Shown in pieces: positions 9,849 to 19,634 of a stretch of DNA of 64,000 bases; the stretch's first letter is position 1; every line of letters begins with the position of its first letter. Position numbers and translations under genes: made by a program. The DNA comes from Candidatus Enterousia sp. (lineage in GTDB: Bacteria; Pseudomonadota; Alphaproteobacteria; Rs-D84), in the NCBI GenBank assembly GCA_045613785.1, contig JAZLBQ010000007.1, positions 32,001 to 96,000 of the forward strand. The letters are read 5' to 3'. The notes under the pieces were generated by a model. It ran no database searches, was not told the DNA's origin, and worked only from the letters and a program-made list of their open reading frames with translations.

Positions 9849-10857
9849 ATAAAAAATGTCCCTTGTGGGCATTTTTTTATTTCGGTGTCGGTGGTCGGAT
9901 GAGAACCCCGGGTTCGACAACAAGTAGATTTTGCAAATAAATTTGTATAAAGTATTTGACAAAAATACTTTGTGTGTTGTATGTTGTGGCGAGGTATAAA
10001 ATGAAAGTAGAACACAAGCACATATTGATTAATTCAAATAACATCAGAGAATATCGCAAACAGGGGGCTCTGGTTGGTGGCTCGCATACAAGCGGCTGGG
10101 ATTTCTTTAATAATAAAAAAGTTGCTGACAGCACTGTAACTGTGTATAACTACAGTTTTGAGCCAGAATTATGTATTCATTCTTCTGACAAAGTATATCA
10201 AGCGGCAAAAAAAATAAATTCCGAGCAAGAAAACATTGCTGTTCACGAGATTAAACATGCTAAAAATGCAGACCAAGGACTTCCTTTTCATCTGGCAAGC
10301 GGGGTGTGTTGGACGCATGTAGCATTATACTGTCTTGACGAGTTGTCTGCACGCATTGACGAGGCCTTATATTCAATCAACAACACAAAATTAAAGTCTG
10401 TCTATTCGCAGTTCCTAGATTGTCTTGGTGTTTCACAGCTTGAGCGTGCAGTTAGTATCGCATTAAAGAGATTTGCACCATTGTTCCAAGATTATTGCAT
10501 GAAAGGTGTGTCTAGCTTTGAAAATTCGGTTCAGATGGCAAATTTCTCTGAAAAAGATTTGCAAGCATTTTTACAAAGCCAGCAACGACTATATTCTTGT
10601 TCGTTTAAAATGTCGCGTCCTGTTTTATACTCTATCAGTTTCCATGAAGCTGTGGGGAATTATTTTAGGTTTGATTCGATTCCAGAAAAGAACGTATTTA
10701 GCAGACAGGCAGCACATGAACTACGCAGTTTTTGGACAAAGTGCGAGCCAGAAATTATGCGTCATTCCAAAGACTGTATTAGTCGGATGTTGCAAAAAAC
10801 ACGATAAAAGTTTTTGTACTTTTTATGATAAAAAATGTCCATTGTGGGCATTTTTTT
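9849..10857 (+). repeat. 30-bp direct repeat of the tRNA-Ser terminator (9849-9878 and 10828-10857) bracketing one gene
   Basis: ataaaaaatgtcc(c/a)ttgtgggcattttttt; one mismatch. Confidence 0.85.
10001..10807 (+). CDS. Hypothetical zincin-like (HExxH) protein ending QKTR
   Basis: AVHEIKHAKN...DELSA; start MKVEHK after GAGGT RBS. Confidence 0.65.
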   Translation: MKVEHKHILINSNNIREYRKQGALVGGSHTSGWDFFNNKKVADSTVTVYNYSFEPELCIHSSDKVYQAAKKINSEQENIAVHEIKHAKNADQGLPFHLASGVCWTHVALYCLDELSARIDEALYSINNTKLKSVYSQFLDCLGVSQLERAVSIALKRFAPLFQDYCMKGVSSFENSVQMANFSEKDLQAFLQSQQRLYSCSFKMSRPVLYSISFHEAVGNYFRFDSIPEKNVFSRQAAHELRSFWTKCEPEIMRHSKDCISRMLQKTR

Positions 10858-10919
10858 TATTTTGCTGGTTGAATTTGAAATCTTTGCACCTACATTATTA
10901 AAAGAACAAGGAGTCCGCA

Positions 10920-11159
10920 ATGGTTTTAATAAGAGATATGTTAGAAATCGGCAAGGAAAGAACAAAAATTCATGAACCCGTCAAGGCAACTTATACCATT
11001 TTTCACGATTGTTCTGGAACAGTCTTTCAAATAGACACATATGGTTCAGCAGACAGGGAATGCACAGGCAAGGTCAGTCAAACCATACAATTCGACAAAA
11101 AGTCCGCTATTATGCTTATCGAGAAATTAAAAAAGACCTTTAACCTGGATCAAGACTAA
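10920..11159 (+). CDS. Small conserved hypothetical protein of a family I recall from defence islands
   Basis: FQIDTYGSADR...GKVSQTIQFD motif; AAGGAG RBS. Confidence 0.65.
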   Translation: MVLIRDMLEIGKERTKIHEPVKATYTIFHDCSGTVFQIDTYGSADRECTGKVSQTIQFDKKSAIMLIEKLKKTFNLDQD

Positions 11160-11164
11160 AAACA

Positions 11165-11692
11165 ATGAAATTATCAAAAAGCGATTTTTATAATTGGGCA
11201 TATTCTGATTTGCTGGTAAACGTAAATCGTGGTCGCTTTGCAGAATATATTGTTGCAACCGCACTAGGGATTGCTGACACTGAACGCCAGGAATGGGAGG
11301 CATACGATTTGCAATTTCAAGATATTCGCATAGAAGTAAAAAGTTCAGCATATATCCAGGGCTGGAATCAGCATGGAAAAATATCCAAGTTAGTTTTTGG
11401 TATTCGGCCAACGTTTGCATATGATGACAATATCGCAAGGCGTCAGGACGCATCAATGCGTCAATCTGACGTTTATGTATTTTGTGTGTTAAAGCATACT
11501 GACCACAAAACAATTGCTCCCGAAGATATGACCCAGTGGGAATTTTATATTGTTCCAACCCGTCTGCTGAATGAAAAATGTCCAACGCAAAAGACAATAA
11601 CATTATCAGCACTAAAGCGTCTGTTCAATGTTTCACCTGTTGCATACCAAGATATTAAAAGCGAGATTGTAAAGTCTATGAAGCCTGCATAA
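11165..11692 (+). CDS. PD-(D/E)xK restriction-endonuclease-like protein
   Basis: RGRFAEYIVA...AYDL...IRIEVKSSAY...SDVYVFC. Confidence 0.75.
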   Translation: MKLSKSDFYNWAYSDLLVNVNRGRFAEYIVATALGIADTERQEWEAYDLQFQDIRIEVKSSAYIQGWNQHGKISKLVFGIRPTFAYDDNIARRQDASMRQSDVYVFCVLKHTDHKTIAPEDMTQWEFYIVPTRLLNEKCPTQKTITLSALKRLFNVSPVAYQDIKSEIVKSMKPA

Positions 11693-11772
11693 AACCGGGC
11701 TTTTTTAATATGACCAAAATTGTCCGTTGTGTTTTATATACTGTATTGTGAAATAACAAAACAGGATAAAAA

Positions 11773-12030
11773 ATGACAACACAGAAATTAAACAAGATTA
11801 CAAAAAAACTACATAACCTGGTTGCATCTGGATTTAGATTTTATAAAAACAAGCATTCCGGTGTATTGTTATCATACCTGGACAACATCTTGTCAAATGG
11901 GGCAGGGGCAACCTTTGCAGTTCGCACAAAGCAGTTATGTCTGAACTTCGAAGAATTTTGCACAGACCCAGAAACAGGCGAATATTATTTGAATCTAGAT
12001 TCTGAAAATTTGTCATTGATAGGGAAATAA
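11773..12030 (+). CDS. Hypothetical protein
   Basis: 85-aa ORF with AGGA RBS. Confidence 0.55.
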   Translation: MTTQKLNKITKKLHNLVASGFRFYKNKHSGVLLSYLDNILSNGAGATFAVRTKQLCLNFEEFCTDPETGEYYLNLDSENLSLIGK

Positions 12031-12149
12031 AAATCTGGACAATTATAACTGTTTTGATATACTAGTAAACGTGCAAAGACATGGTGTTTTTGTGCTGCGG
12101 ATTTAATCCTAACTTGTCCTGCATTAACGGACTAAACAAGGGGTATTTT

Positions 12150-12623
12150 ATGTTAAAAGTTACGGTCAGGCCACCGACCACTGATACAGGGGCAATTCAA
12201 TGTTTGTTTGATAATCTGGAATTTTTAATCGCACGTCGTTCAGATGTTTTATCTGTTCCAGAATATTATAATGTTTTAATTCCAGGCTGTTATATTGCAG
12301 GGCTGTATATTGGCACGCAACAACTTTGTCTGGGTGATTTGCTATCATTATGGCAAGACGTTCCTTGGCATAGTGGCACCAGATATTATTTCAGCATAAT
12401 TGGTTCACCGCTAAGTGGCAGTAATCAGGCACGATATTGGGACGCTGCGACGCAGACAATCAATAACACCTATTATCAAGAGGCTTCACGTGGTTTTGCT
12501 GGGTTGTGGGTTCCGGCAAATAAACATATTCAGGAAAACACCGCACCAAAGGGTCTGCGAACACGCCCGTCTGGTATTGATATCAAAACCTTGCTAGACA
12601 AGTTAAAACAGTATTCCAGATAA
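12150..12623 (+). CDS. Hypothetical protein ending QYSR
   Basis: Start MLKVTV after AAGGGG RBS; GSPLSGSN motif. Confidence 0.6.
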   Translation: MLKVTVRPPTTDTGAIQCLFDNLEFLIARRSDVLSVPEYYNVLIPGCYIAGLYIGTQQLCLGDLLSLWQDVPWHSGTRYYFSIIGSPLSGSNQARYWDAATQTINNTYYQEASRGFAGLWVPANKHIQENTAPKGLRTRPSGIDIKTLLDKLKQYSR

Positions 12624-12628
12624 CTATT

Positions 12629-12868
12629 CTAGGCTTCTTCGGCCGTTGTGCACATTTTTGCAAAATCAACAATAGAAGTTTCTGTTGCTTTTATAATTTT
12701 TGCGATTGTGCTGCACGATGGCCAACGTGGTGTTCCGTCTGGGGAAAACTGTTTACTTTTATTAAAAGTGGTCGCATCCAGTCCACTAAACTTTGCTAGT
12801 CCTGAACAGGTCATTCCTTGTTTCTTTGCTAATTTATCAATTGCATTCCATAACGCTTTGTGGGTCAT
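12629..12868 (-). CDS. Stand-alone HTH regulator (N-terminal domain of alphaproteobacterial HTH-S24 repressors)
   Basis: MTHKALWNAIDKLA...SGLAKFSGLDATTFNKSK...RWPS; paralog at 38937. Confidence 0.85.
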   Translation of the reverse strand: MTHKALWNAIDKLAKKQGMTCSGLAKFSGLDATTFNKSKQFSPDGTPRWPSCSTIAKIIKATETSIVDFAKMCTTAEEA

Positions 12869-13016
12869 AACCGTTCCCTCCCTTTTTTAGTGTCGTGTTG
12901 TGGACAAGATTAAAAGAAAACCGGGATGAATTATTCCTAAAAAGTTATCAAAATGCAAGACAAAAAAGTGTTGGTTTATCAAGAAACAACCTGTGGTTGA
13001 AGTTGCTTAAAGGATT

Positions 13017-13895
13017 TTAAGCAATATCGGAAATGTTTTGGTTTGGGTTGTCCAGCACTAAATCCGCCTGAAATTGAGTTCTAAACCAGGTTCTTTGTCG
13101 TTTTGCATACTGGTTTGTTTTTACAATCCAGTTTTCAATACACTGATTTTCATCAATTTCACCACGTATAAATCTGCACAGTTGTGATGCTCCGATTGCA
13201 CGGCTTTCATCCCAGCCTGAAACAATGACGGCCTGTGCTTCGTTCATTGCACCACCGGATAACATTTGTGGGATTCTTGCGGCAATTCGTTCACGTAGTA
13301 TTTCGGTAGGTGGACAGATTAGGATTTTTTTTGCATTTGGGATAACTGCACCACTTCGTGGAGCGTTTTGAAATTCGATTAAATGTTTGCCTGTTTCTAA
13401 AAAGACCTCCAATGCACGTGCAACACGCTGTGGATCTGTTGCTTTAAATTCGTCAGGCAGCATTTTGCGTGCAGTATCGATATCATCTGCAACCATTTTT
13501 CGTGCCTGGTTGCGATTATGCTGTGATATATCTGGCATTGGTGAAATACCGTTTATCAGTGCGTTTATGTAATATCCTGTTCCGCCGACGAAAATAGGTG
13601 TTTTTCCATTTTGTATTGCCCAGTCGTATTCACGTCTGGCCAGATTCAGATAGTCAGCCACTGAAATCTGTTCGGTCAGTGGCAATATAGAAAACAGCCT
13701 GTATGGAACGCCGTCGATTTCATCAGATATTGGACGGCCTGCAAATGGGCTGGCTGAAATATTTTCAATACCACGATAAATCTGAACACTGTCGCAGTTT
13801 ATGATTACCCCATCAATTTGTTGTGCCAAGCGATGGGCAAAATCTGATTTGCCAGATGCGGTTGGTCCAGTAATGATAAAAGCACCTTGTTTCAT
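13017..13895 (-). CDS. miaA: tRNA dimethylallyltransferase
   Basis: GPTASGKS, INCDSVQIY, VGGTGYY, YAKRQRTWFR; start MKQGAF at 13895. Confidence 0.96.
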   Translation of the reverse strand: MKQGAFIITGPTASGKSDFAHRLAQQIDGVIINCDSVQIYRGIENISASPFAGRPISDEIDGVPYRLFSILPLTEQISVADYLNLARREYDWAIQNGKTPIFVGGTGYYINALINGISPMPDISQHNRNQARKMVADDIDTARKMLPDEFKATDPQRVARALEVFLETGKHLIEFQNAPRSGAVIPNAKKILICPPTEILRERIAARIPQMLSGGAMNEAQAVIVSGWDESRAIGASQLCRFIRGEIDENQCIENWIVKTNQYAKRQRTWFRTQFQADLVLDNPNQNISDIA

Positions 13896-14004
13896 ATCGT
13901 GTTGATTATAGTAAACATATCCCAAAAGTAAATAAAATATTGTATTTTTGTAGAATCTGGTGCTAGTATTCACAGTGTCCAATAAAAACGAAAGGAAATA
14001 TATT

Positions 14005-15006
14005 ATGTCAAAATTGAGAGTTGCAATAAACGGTTTTGGTCGCATTGGTCGTTTAGTATTGCGTGCGGCATTGGAATCAGGTCGGGACGATATTGAATTT
14101 GTTGCTGTAAATGATTTAGCACCTGCGGAACAAAACGCTTACTTATTAAAGTATGATTCTGTCCACGGTAATTTGCCAATGGATGTAAAGCTGGACGGTG
14201 ATTACATCGTTGTTGGTAATCAAAGAATTAAATGTTTGGCTGAACGCAATCCTGCTGATTTGCCATGGGGTGAAATGGACATTGATATTGTTATGGAATG
14301 CACAGGCATTTTCACCGCTGCTGACAAGGCACGTGTTCATCTGGAAGCCGGGGCTAAGCGAGTATTGGTTTCTGCACCATCTGCCGGTGCTGACAAGACA
14401 ATTGTTTTTGGTGTAAACCAAGACACTTTGACATCTGATGATTTGATTGTTTCAAATGCATCTTGCACAACGAACTGCCTGGCACCGGTTGTTCAGGTTT
14501 TAAATGACAAGTTTGGTATTGTTTCAGGCTGGATGACAACTGTTCATGCATACACTGGCGACCAACAGTTGTTGGATAAAAATCACAAAGACTTCCGTCG
14601 TGCCCGTGCTGCGAACCTGTCTATGATTCCGACCAGCACCGGTGCTGCCAAGGCGATTGGTCTGGTTTTGCCTGAATTGGCTGGTAAATTAGACGGTATG
14701 GCAATACGTGTTCCAACACCAGATGTTTCTGTGGTTGAATTAGTTGTGAATTTGGAACGCAATGCCACTGTCGAAGAAATCAACAAGGCGATGTGCGATG
14801 CCCAATCTAAAACATTTGGCTATAATGATTTGCCATTGGTATCGATTGATTTTACACACGATGCACACAGTTCAATCTTTGATGCTGCCCAGACCAAGGT
14901 ATTGGGGGATAAATTGGCACATGTAACTGCCTGGTATGACAACGAATGGGGTTTTTCAAATCGTATGTGCGATACCGCAGTTGCAATGGGTCGTTTGATT
15001 AAATAA
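14005..15006 (+). CDS. gap: Type I glyceraldehyde-3-phosphate dehydrogenase
   Basis: INGFGRIGR, SNASCTTNCLAP, WYDNEWGFS. Confidence 0.98.
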   Translation: MSKLRVAINGFGRIGRLVLRAALESGRDDIEFVAVNDLAPAEQNAYLLKYDSVHGNLPMDVKLDGDYIVVGNQRIKCLAERNPADLPWGEMDIDIVMECTGIFTAADKARVHLEAGAKRVLVSAPSAGADKTIVFGVNQDTLTSDDLIVSNASCTTNCLAPVVQVLNDKFGIVSGWMTTVHAYTGDQQLLDKNHKDFRRARAANLSMIPTSTGAAKAIGLVLPELAGKLDGMAIRVPTPDVSVVELVVNLERNATVEEINKAMCDAQSKTFGYNDLPLVSIDFTHDAHSSIFDAAQTKVLGDKLAHVTAWYDNEWGFSNRMCDTAVAMGRLIK

Positions 15007-15047
15007 AAAATCAGATAAAAAAATTCCCCCAAACGGGGGATTTTTTT

Positions 15048-16163
15048 TTAACGCATTTTTTGTTGATTCTGTGCAAATAACAACTGTGGTTGCGTTGTCA
15101 TTGTTGGTTGTTTTGCAAAATTTGGCGAGTCTAACCAAATATTGCGAGTGTCCTTATCCTTGTTAAAATATTTTGCGATTGCCATATTTACCAGCATTTC
15201 ACGTGGATACATACCATAAGGCATAGGTTCACCCAAATATTTTATCAGTTGTTTACTGCTCATTGATTTTATGCGTTCTAATTCTTTTGCATATTCCGTT
15301 CGTGCAATTCTTTTAATATCTGCCGCAAATACATTTGACATATCGTAAGAGCTGAACAGATCTCCAATTTTTTCACGGTTATGTCCAGCATAGATATGAC
15401 GTCCGTTTTTATTTGGAATGAACTTACCGTTTTCGATGCTGCCCCGTCCCAGGTATAAAATTGCATGAAATGTGTTACGGCTGCCATGGTATCTTGGAAC
15501 AATCAAAATAGTTCCAGGATTCAAATTGTCCGCATTAAAATTCTTGCCTTCGAAACGTTTTGTTATCTGTTTTTTTACAGAATCAGGTGTATTTGCCGCA
15601 ACTTTGTTTCTGGCCAAGAATTTATCTTTTGCAGCCTGAAAAGCTGAATCAGATTGATATACAGTGCCTTCGTAAATGCAATCAGCATATTCGTTATTAG
15701 CGTATTTGCTACGCATTTTTTCTTTGAACTGAGAACATGCTGTTCTTGCTCCTTCTGGGATAATGTCCAAAGTGTCGCCTGTTTCCGCCAGTGCACGTGA
15801 CAACTGTGTATATTGCCCCCAAACACAGTGATATCCCACTGGTGCACCAGGCAACTCACGACGCACAGCAGCACTGTATCCACGTTTACCCAACAGTGGG
15901 TTTAACTTAGCCTGCGAACGCAACATATTTTTTACATAAATGTCGCTCAGGTTTTCTGCTTTGTCGTCCAAGCAAGAATCAGTATCGGTCTTTTGAAAAT
16001 TATACATTTTAGACAGTGTGACAGAATTTGCCAATTCTAGCTGGTAATAACTTAGCTTTTCTTCATCATCTGAATTTCTGTCGGGTAAAGTGTTTGCGTT
16101 TGCAGAAAAAGTGCCTGATAATGTTCCGGCCAGCAAATACGGAACAATACTTTTAAATTTCAT
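15048..16163 (-). CDS. Exported hypothetical protein with possible papain-like (NlpC/P60/CHAP-like) Cys-His dyad; ends QKMR
   Basis: Signal-like MKFKSIVPYLLAGTLSGTFSANA; GYHCVWG and PGTILIVP...FHAILYLG. Confidence 0.55.
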   Translation of the reverse strand: MKFKSIVPYLLAGTLSGTFSANANTLPDRNSDDEEKLSYYQLELANSVTLSKMYNFQKTDTDSCLDDKAENLSDIYVKNMLRSQAKLNPLLGKRGYSAAVRRELPGAPVGYHCVWGQYTQLSRALAETGDTLDIIPEGARTACSQFKEKMRSKYANNEYADCIYEGTVYQSDSAFQAAKDKFLARNKVAANTPDSVKKQITKRFEGKNFNADNLNPGTILIVPRYHGSRNTFHAILYLGRGSIENGKFIPNKNGRHIYAGHNREKIGDLFSSYDMSNVFAADIKRIARTEYAKELERIKSMSSKQLIKYLGEPMPYGMYPREMLVNMAIAKYFNKDKDTRNIWLDSPNFAKQPTMTTQPQLLFAQNQQKMR

Positions 16164-16501
16164 TTTTTTTCCTCTTTGCAATCAATTAAACGGCCACACA
16201 ACAGCAGAAATAAAATTTCTGTATGATATGGATTCTTTATTTTTGTTTTTGTTTTGATTGGTTCACCGCAATAAAAATCAATTTGCGATGTACATTCAGA
16301 CGTTTAAAAGAACAAACGCCCCGACTTGCTGTAATTACCGTTACCCGCAGCCCGCCCCGTTTCCAGGGAACCAAAGTTTGTATATACAATATATAACAAA
16401 AACCTGTGTTTTGTCAAGGGGTGGGCTAAAAAATATTTGATTATTTGTGTAAATTTTTTTGTGTTGTTATTTTTTTTCAAATGTTTTAAATTTTGATTAC
16501 T

Positions 16502-18733
16502 ATGGCAAAGGAAATTATTGAAAATATTGATTATCAGCAGTTGTCGGATGCATTGTCCGAACGCTATTTGTCTTATGCGGTCAGCACGATTGTATCCCGT
16601 GCGTTGCCTGATGTTCGTGATGGGTTAAAGCCGGTTCATCGCCGTATTTTATATTCGATGTTGCGTCAGAAATTGGCACCGAATGCTGCATTTCGTAAAT
16701 GTGCAACGGTGGTTGGTGACGTGTTAGGTCATTATCATCCACACGGCGACGCGTCTGTTTATGATGCAATGGTTCGCTTGGCTCAGGATTTTTCTGTTCG
16801 TTATCCTTTGGTAAACGGGCAGGGGAATTTTGGTAATATTGACGGCGATCCCCAGGCGGCATATCGATACACTGAATCCAAGATGACCGATGCTGCAATG
16901 TTGATTATGGACGGTCTGGACGAAGACAGTGTTGATATGATGCCTAACTTTGATGGCACAACGGTTGAGCCTGTTGTTATGCCTGGGGCGTTTCCGAATT
17001 TGCTGGCCAACGGTGGCATGGGTATTGCAGTTGGTATGGCGACAAATATTCCGACCCACAACGTGGCAGAGGTTTGCGATGCCTTAAACCTGGTAGTGGA
17101 CAAGCCTGATGCAACAACTGCCCAGATTATGAAAAAGATGGTCGGCCCTGATTTTCCGACAGGTGGGGTCCTGATTGACAGTTTTGATACCATTGTAAAA
17201 AATTATGACACAGGCAAGGGTGCATTTCGTATTCGTGCCCGCTGGGAAATCGAGAATCTGGAACGTGGCGGCTGGCAGGTTGTTATAACTGAAATTCCGT
17301 ATGGAATTGTAAAGTCCAAATTAGTTGAACAAATTGCTACATTAGTAGATGCCAAGAAATTGCCATTGGTTGATGATATTGTAGATGAATCAACGACTGA
17401 TATCCGAATTGTCATTACCCCGAAAAGTCGCAATATCCCTGCGGATAAAATGATGGCACACTTGTTTGCGATGACGGATTTGGAATATCGTTTTAATATG
17501 AATTTCAACGTCATAGATTCCAAGGGTGCACCACGTGTAATGCCGATTGGCGATGTTTTGCGTGAATTTGTTGCACATCAAAAAAATGTGCTACAACGTC
17601 GCACAAAATGGCGTTTGAATAATATTGCACGTCGTCTGGAAATCTTGGGTGGATTGCTGGTTGTATATCTGAATCTAGATCGTGTGATTGAGATTATCCG
17701 CAACGAAGACGATGCAAAATCTGTCTTGATGGCTGAATTTGAGTTGTCCGAAATTCAGGTAGAGGCAATATTGAACACACGCCTGCGTTCATTGCGTAAA
17801 CTAGAAGAAATGGAAATAAAGCGTGAAGACGCAGCCTTGCGTGCCGAGCAAGAAAAATTACAAGCATTATTGGCCAGCGAAGAAATCCAAAACGAACAGT
17901 TAAAGGTCTGGTTCAGTGATGTAAAAAAGCAATACGATAAAAAAACTGCACTGGGTCGTCGTCGCACAACATGGGCTGAACAAACCGAAGAAGTGGTTGT
18001 CAACGCAGACGAATTTATCGAAAAAGAACCTTTGACAATTATCTTGTCAACAATGGGCTGGATTCGTGCCGCCAAGGGACATTTGGATCTGAATTCATTG
18101 GATTTAAAGTTCAAAGAAGGTGATGAATTGCAAACCGCATTCCATGCCCAGTCAACCGATAAAATCAATCTGTTTGTTTCATCGGGAAAAATGTTTACAT
18201 TGTCTGCAAATGAATTACCGTCTGCTCGTGGATTTGGTGAATCTGTTCGAATGATGGCAGATATCGGTGCTGACGAAGAAATTGTTCAGGCATTTGTTCT
18301 GGACACTAATGCAAAATATTTGCTGGTTTCACGTCACGGCAATGGATTTATTATATCTGGTGAAAATTGCCTGGCTCAGACCAAGAACGGCAAACAGGTA
18401 ATGAACACAGAACCGAAAAATCCTGCCCATATGTGTGTTGTGGTGTCTGGGGACAGTATTGCAATGTCTGGTTCGAACGACAAGTTGTTGATATTTGCGA
18501 CCGACGAGATTCCAGAAATGACCCGTGGCAAGGGTGTAATACTGCAAAAATATAACGCAGAACGAACATTTGTCTTGGATATAATGTTCTTTGATGCGGC
18601 CGATGGTTTTGGATGGACGACGGGTCGTGGCACGACCAAGATGGAAGATTGGTCGCCATGGCGTGCCAAGCGTGCGTCCCAGGGTCGGACAGTTCCTGTT
18701 GGTTTTCCACGCAGTGGTAAATTCAGTAAATAA
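16502..18733 (+). CDS. parC: DNA topoisomerase IV subunit A
   Basis: RALPDVRDGLKPVHRR, YHPHGD, AAYRYTE; about 743 aa with a short CTD and no GyrA box. Confidence 0.93.
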   Translation: MAKEIIENIDYQQLSDALSERYLSYAVSTIVSRALPDVRDGLKPVHRRILYSMLRQKLAPNAAFRKCATVVGDVLGHYHPHGDASVYDAMVRLAQDFSVRYPLVNGQGNFGNIDGDPQAAYRYTESKMTDAAMLIMDGLDEDSVDMMPNFDGTTVEPVVMPGAFPNLLANGGMGIAVGMATNIPTHNVAEVCDALNLVVDKPDATTAQIMKKMVGPDFPTGGVLIDSFDTIVKNYDTGKGAFRIRARWEIENLERGGWQVVITEIPYGIVKSKLVEQIATLVDAKKLPLVDDIVDESTTDIRIVITPKSRNIPADKMMAHLFAMTDLEYRFNMNFNVIDSKGAPRVMPIGDVLREFVAHQKNVLQRRTKWRLNNIARRLEILGGLLVVYLNLDRVIEIIRNEDDAKSVLMAEFELSEIQVEAILNTRLRSLRKLEEMEIKREDAALRAEQEKLQALLASEEIQNEQLKVWFSDVKKQYDKKTALGRRRTTWAEQTEEVVVNADEFIEKEPLTIILSTMGWIRAAKGHLDLNSLDLKFKEGDELQTAFHAQSTDKINLFVSSGKMFTLSANELPSARGFGESVRMMADIGADEEIVQAFVLDTNAKYLLVSRHGNGFIISGENCLAQTKNGKQVMNTEPKNPAHMCVVVSGDSIAMSGSNDKLLIFATDEIPEMTRGKGVILQKYNAERTFVLDIMFFDAADGFGWTTGRGTTKMEDWSPWRAKRASQGRTVPVGFPRSGKFSK

Positions 18734-18763
18734 AAAATCCCCCGAAAAGGGGGATAATTTTTT

Positions 18764-18848
18764 TGGTGCGGGTAAGGAGACTCGAACTCCTATGGGTTGC
18801 CCCGCTGGAACCTAAATCCAGTGCGTCTACCAATTTCGCCATACCCGC
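18764..18848 (-). tRNA. tRNA-Leu(TAG)
   Basis: Reverse complement GCGGGTATGGCGAAATTGGTAGACGC...CTGGA TTTAGGT TCCAG...GTTCGAGTCTCCTTACCCGCACCA. Confidence 0.95.
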
Positions 18849-18953
18849 AGCGACTAAAAAAATGATTGTTTTTATATTCTATGATAAATTTTACTTGATT
18901 TCCAGTAAAATTTAACCTAAAATCGGTCGCAGAATAATATAAAGGCGAATAAA

Positions 18954-19133
18954 ATGGCATCTAAAAAAGGTAGCAAAGAAGTAGTTCAGTTAAAAAATGC
19001 AGAAACTGGGGTCTTCTACATCACAACCAAGAATACAAAGTCTGAAAATACTCAGGGCAAAATGAAATTCCGCAAGTATGACAAAAAATTGCGTAAACAC
19101 GTAATTTTCACAGAAGCGAAAATGCCTCACTAA
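18954..19133 (+). CDS. rpmG: 50S ribosomal protein L33 (Cys-free type)
   Basis: Manual translation, 59 aa: MASKKGSKEVVQL...TGVFYITTKN...KFRKYDKKLRKHVIFTEAK. Confidence 0.93.
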   Translation: MASKKGSKEVVQLKNAETGVFYITTKNTKSENTQGKMKFRKYDKKLRKHVIFTEAKMPH

Positions 19134-19287
19134 TATTTTCACAGACTTATTGGTGATAAAAAATCCTCCGATTGGGGGATTTTTATTTTTTTATAACCCG
19201 AATAAAAAAAATTTGAATAAAATATAAAAAATTGAAAAAAAAGACTTGCATTTATTCCGACAACAGTATAATATATACAACGCCCAA

Positions 19288-19364
19288 GGGGTTGTAGCTC
19301 AGTTGGTTAGAGCGTCTGCCTGTCACGCAGAAGGTCGCGGGTTCGAGCCCCGTCAATCCCGCCA
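19288..19364 (+). tRNA. tRNA-Asp(GTC)
   Basis: GGGGTTGTAGCTCAGTTGG...CTGTCAC...GGTTCGAGCCC...CAATCCCGCCA. Confidence 0.96.
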
Positions 19365-19568
19365 GGATTCACACCGTCGTCAGACGGTGTTTTTTTTGTA
19401 AAAAAAACGGGGCGAAGAAGCCGCAGGGTTCGGAACGCCAGTTGGCAAGAACAAGTGCCAACGCCGTTCGAGCCTTACGTAGTGAAAAGGGGCCCACCAC
19501 CAAAGTGGTGGGAATTTACAACCCCGTGGTCCCGCCAGGATTCACACCGTCGTCAGACGGTGTTTTTT
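19357..19568 (+). repeat. 39-bp perfect direct repeat (tRNA-Asp 3' end plus terminator; 19357-19395 and 19530-19568) enclosing a palindromic element
   Basis: tcccgccaggattcacaccgtcgtcagacggtgtttttt occurs twice, 173 bp apart. Confidence 0.92.
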
Positions 19569-19634
19569 CTTGTTTATTATTTGAAAAAATGTTTTATAAT
19601 CTTCTTATCGAATATAGAACCAAAAGGAGAAAAT

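Noticed and set aside
9720-9962. Short ORFs over tRNA-Ser (and likewise at 53288-53817)
   Set aside because: They overlap tRNA genes and are spurious.
13896-14045. Extended overlapping N-termini of miaA and gap, and similar long starts in the ORF track
   Set aside because: Downstream ATGs with RBS and family-typical N-termini are the better starts.
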